In this document: positions 37,862 to 51,050 of the stretch, in pieces
Layout of the letters: the number at the start of each line of letters is the position of its first letter
Position numbering within the stretch: the stretch's first letter is position 1
From: Utricularia gibba
Taxonomy: Eukaryota; Plantae; Magnoliophyta
Length of the DNA: 64,000 bases
Direction of reading: 5' to 3'
NCBI GenBank assembly: GCA_002189035.1
Contig: CM007990.1
Coordinates: 2,790,001 to 2,854,000, forward strand
Notes under the pieces: generated by a model
The model's input: the letters and a program-made list of their open reading frames with translations, nothing else
The model's database searches: none
What the model was told of the DNA's origin: nothing
Made by a program: the position numbers and the translations under genes

Positions 37862-40800
37862 ATGGCTGCCGCCGGAGGAGCACCGGATAGGACCTTAACA
37901 ACATGTTGCATATCTCACCTATTCCATGAAGCAGCATGCCGCTCACCAGAAAAGATTGCTGTTATCCACGCCTCCGGCTATTTATCCAACGGCGTTTATG
38001 GCGCAACGGAAGTCATCGATGGTGCAAACTTTGTGCATTCAGAAGGATTCCCATGTCCTTCTGGAGCTCATTTCTTGAATGGCGATGAATGCTTTAAATT
38101 TTCCGAGGTTCTCTGTGCCGTTGAGAATTTGAGTCGTAGACTGAGACGCACTCTTGACACTGCCAATGGCCCGCCAATGCTTCCGAATAGGTCGTATATC
38201 AATTTTGTGTGATGTTTGTCCTGTGTGATTTTGATGAAGCATTCCCTTTTGTGCTAGCTGTGGCATTTTTTGGCACATGTGGAATATTTTAAAATTTTCC
38301 TTAGTTCAAATCCACTGTACATTATCTTGGAGTGAGAATGCGTAGACATACGGTGCCTTTACCTCGTTTATGGGTGTTTAGTTTCATTTTTGCTATTTAA
38401 AGTTGACATTTTAGAGAAAGATCATATAGATTCTGATCCTCTGCAAATTTCCATTATAAGACTGCAGCAGTCATTTGAGAAAGGGGAACCGTTATCTCCC
38501 AACATTATAGGTATCTATATGGAGCCATCTGTTGAGTACATTGTGGCTGTCCTTTCTGTTTTAAGATGTGGTGAAGCATTCATGCCTTTGGACACAGCAT
38601 GGCCAAAAGCAAGGATTTTATCGCTTCTGAAGTCTTCCATGGCTATGTTGGTGGTCGGCATTAAGTCTTCTGTAGAGAATAATTTTCACAGGCTTGATAA
38701 ACTTCAGTGGCTCATCAATGAAGATATTCCCGTTTTAGAATTTTCTCTCAGGGAAGTCATAGAAGAACAGCATGATTCCTCTATGCTAATGTGGCCATGT
38801 GAAAATGAAATCCCAAGGTCGTTCTGCTACGTGATGTACACATCAGGATCTACAGGAGTACCTAAAGGTGTCTGCGGGAGTGAAATTGGTAAGTATTTTG
38901 TGAATAAATTAATATACATTGGCCTTTTCAGTTCAGCCTGCTGAAAATGCAAAATTCGAAACTGCTGGTTTTTTCCATGATGGATGAAAGTATTCTTATG
39001 TTACCAGTTATCCACCCCCATATATATGGAAGATGGCTTAAAAGTTGTTATCCTCTTATATTTATGAGTTGGATAATGTGTAAATTACGTTTCTGCACCA
39101 TATTGTAGGCCTTCTCAACCGATTTATGTGGATGCAAGACATGTATCCTATTCGAGATGTTGATAGGGTTGTTTTCAAGACAGCAATAGGCTTCATCGAT
39201 CATTTGCAGGAGTTTCTTGGAGCTATGATTACTAACTGTACTGTGGTGATACCTCCCTTCAATCAACTGATTGGTGATATGTTTTTTCTCATTCATATTC
39301 TACAGGTATGTAATGAAGGGTGAACGACCTGAGTCATCTACGATTTTTAAATGTTATTATCATAATTACAGGGATATCGAATCAGCAGGCTTGTAGCAGT
39401 ACCCTCTCTTATAAGAGCTATCCTTCCTTCTTTGCAAAGCGTACATCCGTTCACAATTAAAGATTCTTTAAAGCTACTAGTGCTGAGCGGTGAAGATTTT
39501 CAGTTACGCTACTGCAAGATGCTTATGGACTTGTTGCCCAATACTGTCATTTTGAATTTATATGGGAGCACTGAGGTTATATATCTCAAGCTCAAATATT
39601 CAGATTTTGGTGTTCATATGTCCATGTCCTTAGATTAATTCCTACTCCATTCACCCTTCCTTTTTTTCCATTTTTTGTTTGCTGTGTTCCATTGCATATA
39701 TATCTCTGTCTGCTAGTATCAGCGTTCATATTACCTCTGCTTCTAACTGTATTTTTACTGTGGCCTTGGATTGACGTGTTCAGCATTTTGTAGGTTATAA
39801 CTTCTCTTTCTCCGTAGACCTATCTTACTTTTGAATGATTGATGCATTCAACATGGAAATATTTACCTCAAAATACTGTACTCAAAATGTCCATTGGTCA
39901 TGAGGCCATGTTTCATTTAGTCATATAAGTTGTTTACTATCTAAACCATTTATAGTGCTTATGTTTCGTGTTTGGATATGAAGTTGGCAGGTGATTGCCT
40001 GTACTTTGACTGCTCAAGATTGTCAATGATCCTGGAAAATGAGGTACTACGGAGTGTCCCAATTGGATTGCCTATTTCAAATTGTGATGTGCTTCTTGTT
40101 GGGAAAGATGCACCCTATGAGGGAGAAATATTTGTTGGTGGACTATGCACTGCAAAAGGTTATTTGGACCATCCATATCTTAAACCCTTGTCACAAGAGA
40201 GCTTACCTCCTGAAGAAAACATCGAATGCCATGGAAAGAAGCTTGAAATTTTAAATTACTTCAAAACTGGAGATTTTGCCAGGAAACTGCCAAGTGGAGA
40301 TCTAGTTTTTCTTGGGAGAAAGGATCGTACCATAAAGATCAATGGACATCGCATTGCTCTTGAAGAGATTGAGAGTGCATTTCGTGAGCATCCTGATGTA
40401 GTTGATGCTGCAGTGGTATCACGTGAATTTGATGATGAAATTTCGTTTCTTGAAGCTCATGTTGTAGCAAGAAGTAATGTTGAAGATTATGAACTCTTGA
40501 AGCTGGCTCTCCACTCGTGGGTTCAGAGGATACTGCCTCACTCAATGATACCCGGTCAAATACTTTTCACCAGGAGTATACCTTTGACTTCTTCTGGAAA
40601 GATTGATTACACATCATTATCTTCATCAACTTCTCACCAAAAGGGAAGGATTAACATTGAAAAAATTCCCCAGGGTCAGCTCATTGAGGTCATAAAACAG
40701 GTACTGGTTTCATATTTTGGAATCATTGTTGTGCCATTACATTTTCGTCATCAATTCCTGAATTCTCCTGTTGGAAAAAGGATTTCTTTTAAAGACCATT

Positions 40801-43800
40801 TCTTTCTTATTTCACTGACATTGATTAACACTCAGTGTCCTCTAGAATTAAGTGAATTGTAAATCAAAATGAGTTCTGCTGCCTTGCTACATCTTTCAGC
40901 CGAGTTTTATCTTTTAATCTCACTGTAAATGTTTTTTATGAGACAGTTGAAAAGTTTAACATAAATGCAAGTGAAGTTAGCATGAGCACATTCTCAAAGG
41001 CTGGACACTCTGAGTTCCCAGCAGCTGTATAAACTAGCACAGAATTTTTTTTTTTTTTTTCAGACAATTTTGGTCTCCATTTTCGCAGCCCCCCATGTAA
41101 TTTATGTTATTTCATCATCATTTTTTTCTCATTTTCTTCTTACTAATAACTGCCCTTTTATGTCCTTTTTTCCTGTTAATTCCATTCGAAGAAAGAAAAT
41201 TTTCTTGTAGCTTTTAGTAAGCTGAGATCACCTTGTTCAGGTCTTTGCTGATGCGCTTAAGGTGAATGAGATTTCTGACGGTGATAATTTTTTCTTAATG
41301 GGAGGTGATTCTCTATCTGCTGCTTATGTTTGTTCTCAGCTGGGTGTTCCTATGAAGCTATTGTATGAGTGTCCCATACCACTGCAGCTTCACAGCGCAC
41401 TGTCATCCAGCTTTCCTGCAGGGACTGATGCTCGAGAGGGATTAATTTTGAGAGAATCAGTAGAAAACATTGAATCTAGGGACTCTAAAATTGATGATTC
41501 CCGAATGTGCAAGCATAAAAAATTGCATTCCCAGAATGATATTGGGATGGATGATTATAGTCTTGCGAAAAGAGTTAAGACCAAATCAAGCATTAATGAG
41601 TATTCTTCAAATGAGAAAACTTGCAACGATAGTTTAAGGAATCTCTCTGTGCACAGAAAGTGTTCCTACAGTCGGTGCAACAAAAGCATCCATGAAGGTG
41701 ATTGTAAGAGAAACCATTCAGAATGGTCAAGTGTTGTGACAAGAGCTGCAAAGATTAACCTGAAAGAACTGTGGAAAATCAACATGGATTCTTGTGTTGA
41801 CGCATCTGCTTTAGTGGTCTTTAAAGAAAGCCATCTGTTTTTGTTCATTGGATCTCATTCTAAAAAATTTGTGTGCATAGATGGGAAAAGGTGATGCTTA
41901 TTTCGCATAATAAATTAAGATTTACGTTTATGAATAAACTTCTGGTAAGGTGAATTTGGATAGGGTGTTTAAGGATATATTATTGATGGAAAATCATCAA
42001 TGGAATATGAGTTTGTTCTCTTGGTGGGTTTTGGATTTTTTCATTTCATTTAAAAAAATAGTTAGAATCATAGAAGCTGCATGTAATCTTAGGTGAACTT
42101 CAAAATCTAATAGCTTGAAAGACGAAGGCAATAGTCCTCATGAGAGAGAATGCAATAACGATTATGATAACAAGTTTTCGATTGTGCACAAGAGATGCTT
42201 TTTGCTGAAAGTCAGAAACCATGTTTTCATATTACAACTTGCTTTGTAGTGGACTGGTTGTTTGGGAGACACAATTACATGGACGGGTTGAGTGTTCTGC
42301 ATCAATTCTTGATGATTTTAGTCAGGTTATGAGCGATTCATATTTTTGTTTCTTTTACTGGGTATGTCCTACAGTATTAGTGATATTGACATATGCTTTC
42401 AGGTGGTAGTGGGATGTTACATGGGAAACATTTATTTTCTCAACTTTGTAAGTGGCAGTGTCTGCTGGAGTTTCAAAACTGATGGTGAGGTGTGAGCTTG
42501 CAAAACTCATGGTCGAGTTATTAGAATGGCTACAATGGCCAACTTATAGCTGAATGTTAATATTGTAATTTATAGTTTTCACGCCATGTGTATTAAATGA
42601 TTTTCTATCTTGATTTATTCTTAGAACACTCTGAATTTGTTTTAATTTGTAGACATTTAGTTGACAGATATCCTTTAATGATCATTTGAAGGTAAAATCC
42701 CAACCGGTGGTTGACAAATGCAGGCATTTGGTCTGGTAATTTTTTTTTTTTTTTAGTAAGGCTTGCCTATCCCTGCGTGTTTGATTTCCTTTTCTGAAGA
42801 TTCACCTCGTGCATTTTTAAAGTTGGATTTTGTTTTGGGTTCTAATGTGGTTGCTTTCTGAACAGTTTATTGTGCTTACTGTTTTTTTTTTTTTGAATGT
42901 TGCTTCTTTTTATTATCATTGTCACGCATCTTTGAGCGGGTGTGCTTCTTCAGGTGTGGTTCTTATGACCACAATCTCTATGCCATTGACTACAAAAACT
43001 ACTGCTGTGTTTTTAAGATTCCCTGCTTTGGAAATATATTTGGCTCCCCTGCTATGGATGAGGTGATTGCTCTATTATTCATTCTCGATGCAGCCTTATA
43101 TCCTAATTCACTATTCTCTTGCGTAAGGTAGTCAATCTCTTGAGCTGCCCACTGTTTTGTCTATATTTCCTGTTAGCCTTCTCATTCTTTGATATGTGCG
43201 CGTGGCAAATGAGTTTCCTTCATTATCAAGTCTTTTTAAATTTATTATTTCAGTCACTAAACATCTCAAACTATTTTGTTTTGTAGATGCAAGAAAAGCT
43301 TTATGTAGGATCAACCAGCGGGCATGTCATAGCATTAGAATTAAAGGTTCTGCTTTTTGTTCAAAATTGCTGGACTTTTAATTTTGAAAATGAGAATGTG
43401 AGAAATCGCAAGTTTTGAACAAGCACAGAAAAAAAAAAGGAATGTTTCCTTACGAAATACATGCCTTGGCTTTGAACAAGTTTAATTTTGATGACGACAT
43501 AAACACAAGGAAAAATTTGTAATAATTAGAGATTTCAAATTCATTATGTAGCTTGTATCTCTCGTGTTTTATCATTCCTGATCAGCGTCAACATCAATTT
43601 CTGGTTTAGATCATTTCATGCAACAAATGACTCTCTTCATGCTATTTTATATCTTTGGAATTTCTAATTACTGGGGTTTTTTTGAGAGTTTTAAAATTGT
43701 CACTCAGGTGCTACCGTTCAAGGTTTTATGGAAGCTTGAAATGGGTGCTCCTGTTTTCAGTTCCCTCTCCATTACGTATCCCAACCGAAACAGTGAGCAT

Positions 43801-45202
43801 CTAGTACTGCCTCTTTGGTTTGAAATCCGGCTACATCTGTACTGATACTATATATCGTTTGCATGGCTGTAAATGTTTGATCTTTATACTTATTTACTAG
43901 CAACAGCACTTAAGTATCAACTAGTTTGGTTTCAGTTATTTGCTGCTTGGTAGATGGGACAGTTGCTGCTGTCAGTACATATGGAACAAGCATTTGGAAG
44001 GCAAGCAGTTCTTTATTTGCATGTGCATGACCTTCATAGTAGTGTTTTGTTTTCTGTCGCCGCTGGGTAGTTTTATTCTGATATTCAGAAGGTGCATTAA
44101 CTTTGCATCCATGTTCTTCTTCGAAATTGCTGCCATCAAAGGTGTTAATGCTCTTATTATCTCGCAAATCCTGAATATTGGTGTCAACACACTCCTCAAT
44201 TTCTGTCAGGCAAAAACTGATGGTCCAATTTTTGCTGGACCTTGCGTCTCTCAAGCTTTACCTTCCCAGGTATGGGTCTTTTTGAAGACCATTCGTTCTG
44301 TCCCAAATGAATGCTTACAGATATATCAAGCTGCCTTCACGTTTTTATATTTTGTATGATTCTGTGTCGCTGGTATCTTGGAAATCCATTCGTTCACATA
44401 TTCTGCCCCGGAGCCTCAATGTTAATTCTTGTTGCCATTCATCAGAATTAAGTCTAAAGCGCCATTCATAAAAACAATATTAGTTTGAGTGGCATGATCT
44501 GCCGAGTTGCCATTCCTTTGCAAAATTTTGTAACAAGAAATGCCTGGAATATCTAAACATTTCCCAGAGAATTGATTAAGTTGATTTTTAATTCTTTTGT
44601 GCAGGCACTTGTTACCTCGAGAGATGGATGCATCTATTCCTTTGAAATTGTAAGATTAGTTTTATGACTGCGTTCTCGTATCTTTGAATTATCAATAGCA
44701 GTTAAACCTCCCATCAGCGCTGACTAATACCCTGATTCGGTTTTTTTCAAGTCTTCTGATATTGCTGAGTGACAATCATTCACACATGAGTTTTTAAATC
44801 CAGGAGACCGGTGATCTAATCTGGAAGTATGATATTGGAAATCCCATCACTTCTTCTCCGTATGTAGATGAGAGCTTGGTAATACCTTCAAGTGTCTCCA
44901 GTTCATCATACAGGTGAGGGAATGGAGTGTGGTATTGATATACTCTAGAATGACGAGTATTTAGCACGGTGTTCTTCCCCAGGTTGGTATGCGCTTGTGA
45001 CAGTTCGGGTGGTGTACATGTATTGATTGTCCAAGCAACCGGCGTCAAAGATGTCCAGGGAGAAAATGAAGATCTCGTTAGAAAATATGCTTCCTTGAAC
45101 TTGCAAGGAGACGTTTTCTCTTCCCCTTTGATGATCGGTGGCAAGATCTATGTAGGTTGCAGGGATGACTTTGTGTATTGTTTTGAGCTTCAGGCTGAAT
45201 AG
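37862..45202 (+). CDS. AAE19: Acyl-activating enzyme 19 / AASDH-like NRPS-type protein (adenylation, carrier and PQQ-like beta-propeller domains), multi-exon
   Basis: CCISHLF..IAVIHA start; YTSGSTGVPKG, NLYGSTE, FKTGDF, GRKDRTIKINGHRIALEEIE, SSGKID; carrier-domain DNFFLMGGDSL (Ser in 41301-41315); repeats CVDAS, GRVECSA, IFGSP, VFSSP; stop TAG 45200-45202; not every exon boundary resolved. Confidence 0.92.
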
Positions 45203-46489
45203 CATCTGCCTAATGCTCGTTAGCTAGGCCTTGGTAGACTTCAGTCGGGATTCATTTGATTGTGAATATGGTGAGACCTGATGAGGTCCGTAGATGTCAT
45301 CAAAGCTCTCAAGTATTGATAAAAAGGCAAGTTTGTGATCTTGGCGATTCTCCCAAAGGGATTAACATCATTTTTTTTTCAATATGCGAGATATTTGCAT
45401 CTTTAAATAAAGCTGTAGAACAAAACATAAAATAGGCACCTATTGTCCAATAGAATAGGTATATAAATAAGGAAAGAAATGAGATAAAAAGGCTTCGAGC
45501 AATTTCCAAAGCAAATGAGCATTAGAAAGAGAAGGAAAGCAAATTTAGAATGATTTCATCTATATTTCCATGTTTTCTTCATTCTCGAAATATATTCATT
45601 GACCATTTGATTCAATTACCTAATGAAAACTCATTTTTCCTATTATAAGAGAACTCTCAATTTTCTTTACCATAGTCATATATTCCATAGGTCACATTAG
45701 ATAGATATACTATTTCAAGTTATTGCATCCTCGTCCCATTTTATTTTGCTTTTCAAATTTCTATCTAATACATTGAATGTAATGGCTAATCTTTAAAAAC
45801 AAGAAGAATATTTCATAAATTGATAATATTTTGCATTGTATGTGGGACTTGAATAGTCCTCCATTGAGTTTTTTTGTTGTGAACAAGATTGTTATTTTAA
45901 ATTTTGATTATGAAATATCAAAGGAAATGGATAGGAGTAGTACTGGGAAGAATCCTTTTATTTACAGAGGGAAACGTGATAGTGCAACCATCACAAAATG
46001 GTTGGAAGACTTCACCTTGATTACTCATGCTTCAATAGTGGTCACCAGCTACCCCACCCCTAAAGCCAGGGTTGCGATTTTTGCCAAAGAGTGAAGGCCA
46101 TGATGGACACCTGCCATAACCTCACTAAAGAAAACTTTGAGCTAGGCATCAATCATTCAAGAGGCACTTCGATGCAAATAGTGCAAGAAGAGGTGTAAGG
46201 CATAGAGAACCACCTCTACATGGAATTGGAAGAGTGTTAGGATCTTATTTATTACCAGAAGGAAGACACAAATAACCCTAAGGCTGACGCCTAGAGATAA
46301 GGACCTATTTTCCATTCGCCACTAGTTATGCATTAAATGTTTTAATACTTAAAAAATGATGCAACCTTCCAAACAAAAAGTGTTCAGCAAATCAAATCTT
46401 GGGCTTTCAATAAAGTAAATCTTTCAAAAAAAAGAAAGAAATTGACTTTTAATGAATGAATATTCTTGTAATCCAAATTATACAAATGG

Positions 46490-47350
46490 TGCTTGATAAC
46501 ACTATTTTTATGGCATTTTCAAATGTGTTTTTAGGGGGTATTTGATAGGGTAAAATGTTGTTTCGTGTGTCTAATTACTTCCTTTTGTGTATCTAGTTGG
46601 TGGGAATGTATTTATTGTGAAAATAGGCTCAAATTAACAACAATTGAGCCAAAAACTCTAATATTTTCCTCTAGTCTGTGTTTTAGTCTTAATAGGATAG
46701 AAGCAAGTACTAATAGTGCACTTTTGACATTGATAAGTCAAAAGGGACAAAAAAGCTGTGCAATAATTATTTTTGGTGGAAAGCAGCTACCTTTTGAAAA
46801 GATAAGATTTGGAGTAGAGATGACCCTTCTAAAAGCCTAAGGAAAAGACGTAGATACCCTTCGTATTTTGAGGGGAAAAGAAGAAGGCGTGAGGAGAGAG
46901 GAATAAGCGAACAGGAAGGAGTGTGAGAGAGGAGAACGGTGGTTCTTCGGCAAATAGCTCTGGCCAACCTTAGATCTACGTTTCTAGACCGTATCTCCAT
47001 CAAGAACTTTGAGCTCCAGCAGATCTACAGCCCACAGAAGCAACCTGATACTTTTATTTTCATTTTCTGCACTTCCGTTTCTATTGAACTTGCTACTGTT
47101 ACTCTCTGTGTTTCCATGCTTTACATTACGTTCTTGGTGCTTGGTTGCGAACAATAAGCATCCCATAGACTTTATTTCAACCTATGAAATTGTTTATGTT
47201 TGAGTTCTTAAGTCTTTAATTCTTGAGTTTAACATGTTTACTGTTCCTGTGGCTCTTTGCTCTATTTTTGAATGTGTTAAAGCTGGATTTAAGCTTGTGG
47301 ACTCTCTTAAGTGACACAACAACCAAATCCTGGTGTAAAACCTAATTAAA
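46490..47350 (+). mobile_element. Truncated 3' LTR of family B (from 46543) with upstream PPT
   Basis: ttagggggtatt precedes TGATAGGG; aligns with 6130-6720 and 15575-15650. Confidence 0.65.
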
Positions 47351-47962
47351 TCCTGGTGTAAAACCAATCTTCTCATATTCTAATGTTCTTTTTTATTATG
47401 GTACAAAGTAATGTAGATAAGGCTTGGTTTACTACCCAAGGTTAACAAAAAGGCATACAGTGGCATACTATACACTAATGATTGTGAGGGCTAGGGAAAG
47501 GAACTTGTTCTTCCTTTTCCTCAGCCCCATTGACATTGGAATTCCATATATCTCATGGATGTGTGAGAGATCAAGATCCTTGCATATGGGATAAGTGGGA
47601 GCCATGGATCAGAAATGGAGAGTAAGAAGGATTCAAAATTACCTTAAATGGAAAATCACATGATGAAAATCACTTGTGTTATAACATAATGCATTGGAGA
47701 GATTTCCAGAAATTGCATAGAGGATGCAAGAGAGTTTCTGAAAAAATTACCCAAAATCCAATATAATAGTTCAAAATGGTGAAATTTTTTTCTTTTTATA
47801 ATGATAGGGGACGCAAAAGGACACAAAAAAGTGAGGGGGTGGTGAAGATCAAATGATGCCATCATTGCAAACCTAATAGATCACAAACCCCCCATCCAAT
47901 GTAGCATCCTCAACTTGTTGGGATACAATGCTGTTATTGGACCATTTATCCCAAATAGATCT

Positions 47963-49477
47963 TGTTGGTGTGTGTGTTCTAGAGACAATCAACTCATTAG
48001 CAAATCTTATCTTTTGATATTTACTTTGAATTGTGATCAAATTCATATCATTGATAAAATCCTCTACTTGATCTATATGCTATAGAAATTATGATGAGAT
48101 CATAATGTGAGATTCTACAAGCATTTATGTTCAAGTTAAAAACTCCTTGGCCTAAACCCCTAAACCCTAAACCGTATTTGTGAAATGAGGATATCACAAA
48201 TACGGATAAGCTGGCACACATTGAGTTCCCTAAACTGTTTAAGCAATGGTTCTCACAATTGATGTAATGAGATTACTAGAACCAATGTGTGAGTATCAAT
48301 TAAAGAATCGATTCACTGGATGACTCATCTTCGAGATGCTACAATGGGAAGCTAATCAAGTATCAGTAGCAAGATCTCGAATATGATAGCCATGCAAGTA
48401 AGTTTAGACTTGAGGTCAACAAAGTTATCTTGATCTTAAGCTCACGTTTTCGCTCATTACTAATGAGAGTCTAACCATGGCTTGCCTAGTATGGATGAGT
48501 AGGGATGTGACTTCTTAAGATTGGAGATAGTTGATTGATCAATAAAGGATTCATAACTCATGTTAGCTATAAGATCTTATCTCAAGTAATTGTATCAAAG
48601 CCTAACAGTAAGTCCTAGGCCCAGGGTATTGATACTCGAATTGTTTGAGTAGATTATTGAGTGTTAGTGCTTGAATGCAATTATAAGTTCGATACATCAG
48701 AAAGACACACACCCATGTTTTGATATCGAATGAGATATAAGTATGATGAAAGCTGTTCATTGCATGGTGGATGGTTATGGAAAGGCTCAATCAATTCACC
48801 TGATTATTCTTTAATCTTGGGGATCATGATATGTTGCTAGACATCAATCATGATCGATAATGATGGATTTTATTAATTAAGAGTTAATTAATAAATCCAT
48901 TATTACGGCCTTGATTGAAGAAGCCTATAGGATTACACACAATAGTGGAGTCACTCATCGATATAAAATAGAATGACATAATTACATGAGATGTAATTGA
49001 TAAAGTGGATAAATTAAATAGAGAGTTGTTTTGAGATTAATATTGATTAAACTCAAAATAAAAGATCTTATATAGATAAGATTTGGAACATATACATATC
49101 ATCACAAGATAAGATCTTTACGGATATTTGATTTGATATGTTACCAAATATTTATCAAAAAGATTTAGATCTACACATCTTCCAACATCTTCGTGCTTTC
49201 TGAGATTGATTTGCAAGGGGGCGATTTTCTCTACTAGCACCTAAGGAGATCGACTAGCATTCTACAGCCTTGAGAAGGTTATCGACGGAGTGCTTCACGT
49301 ATGGATACCATAGAGACCGTCTGCTTTTGATGGTCGGTGAACAATAGAGTCTTAAAGGTATTCACAGTATCCCTTTATCTCACGTATATCGTATTCCAAG
49401 ATCTGCGATTGGAGTTTCTCAAAAATTTTTAAATTCCACTGCTTTTGTAACATATGATGTCTACGAGAAACCCAACA
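47963..49477 (+). mobile_element. Solo LTR, long copia type (Angela-like), 1515 bp
   Basis: TGTTGG...CCAACA termini; flanks gatct/ggtcc (3 of 5 match, two transitions); homologous to 22150-23080. Confidence 0.75.
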
Positions 49478-49981
49478 GGTCCAGACCTTAAAGCCATTTC
49501 ACTCTTGTCACACATCTCGTAAGAATGCACCCACATTGAATGCTAATCTCTCGAGCAACTCTAAATGCACTCCCCAAAGCAAGTGGTTGAATTCTCACGG
49601 TCATACCAGCATCTTGCTAGGAATTTAAGGGGCTAATGTTATAGGGGAAATGATAAAGAGTATATGGATACCATAGGGGTAGTTAATAATAGACTCGATA
49701 AAAGGATCACAAGGATAACATGTGGTGCACAAGGAGTACGTATATATGAAAGGGAAAAATGAGATAATGTGGCTTGTGGTCAATTTATAGAGATGGAGCA
49801 TTAGAAATAGAATGAAAGCAAACCTAGAAGAACTTCATCTACTCCTCCAGGTTTTGTTGACTTTGTAAGTGTATTCATTGTCGCTTTGGTTTAATTGCAT
49901 AGTGAAAACCCCTTATAGCTTTCTTCGTTTTTTTTGTTACCAAATCCTTGTCATATTTTACCTTTTTTCCAAATCTCTAAC

Positions 49982-50305
49982 TGTGAGGATACGAGATTGA
50001 AGGGAGAGAGAAAGGGGCAAGGAGAGAATGATAGTAAATACTCGTTGCGCTTCATTTCACGGCAGGGGTATAAATACACCCTTTTACAACGGATATATCC
50101 TACAAAATAGCATAGTCATAGACCAGCTAAACAAAAGGTGAGATAGCATAGACTAACGGTCATCTAGACTTAAGGAGTCGGGTTATCTTCATTTTGGGCT
50201 TTATCCCGTTTGGACTTGTCCTTCTTTGGGTTTCTCCTTGAGTAAACCTTGATTGGATCTGTTGGATTATTTGCCGGTGAGGTTGGTTTAGCTGGGGTCA
50301 TGACA
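49982..50305 (-). mobile_element. Short solo LTR (324 bp), chromovirus-like
   Basis: TG...CA termini; perfect TSD CTAAC (49977-49981, 50306-50310); minus strand encodes PIKVYSRR. Confidence 0.85.
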
Positions 50306-51050
50306 CTAACACATTGAATGTTACAGCTAATCTCTAAAAACAATAAGAATATTTCATTAACTTGTAACAAGATTTATGAAGTGTATAGAAAAGTATTAAC
50401 AAATAAAAAATGGTAAAACAAAAGTTTTCTTTGGGTGTAGTACTCATGATGCCTCGTTTCGAAGAAGGCTTAATTTTGGATTGCTTCATCCTAAACGTAT
50501 ATAGTACTTTTTAGAGTGTCAAAAAGGTTGTAGTTTTACTCATCCAAGCTGATCGACACAACGGTTTGAGACCCATCTCAAGGATATGAGCTACACAGAT
50601 AAAGTGAGAAGTTGCACAAGCTGGAAAAGGTGATGTTAGGTAGAAGCTGGTGTTGGAAAATGAGAATTTTTGTCAAGAAATAAAATCTCCACAACAATTG
50701 GAAGAGGCCAGATCGTTCAACCTTGGTTTCATGGAATTCTGTTAAGTGGTTGAGAACTCCCACATATTGCATTAGTTTCCTGATTTTGTATTGGTTCTAT
50801 TACTCTGGTTTGTATATTTATAGACTATTGTTAGCAGTAGGTAGTTATTATTGTTGGAATAAAAATTTCTTACATCATGCCCCTTGTTTTCGCTTTGCAT
50901 AAGCTTGAGAGTTCATCTGATCTCCTAACACAGATGAGCAAATGTAAGTGAAACTTTCTACAGAAGAAACGCTCATCCTCAACTAGCTGCAAACCAGGGG
51001 CCAGCGGCAATACACGAGATCATGTGGTTAGGCTAACTTGCGCTACAACA

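Noticed and set aside
43940-44359. 139-aa hydrophobic ORF within AAE19
   Set aside because: Chance read-through of an intron joining an off-frame exon part to the next exon
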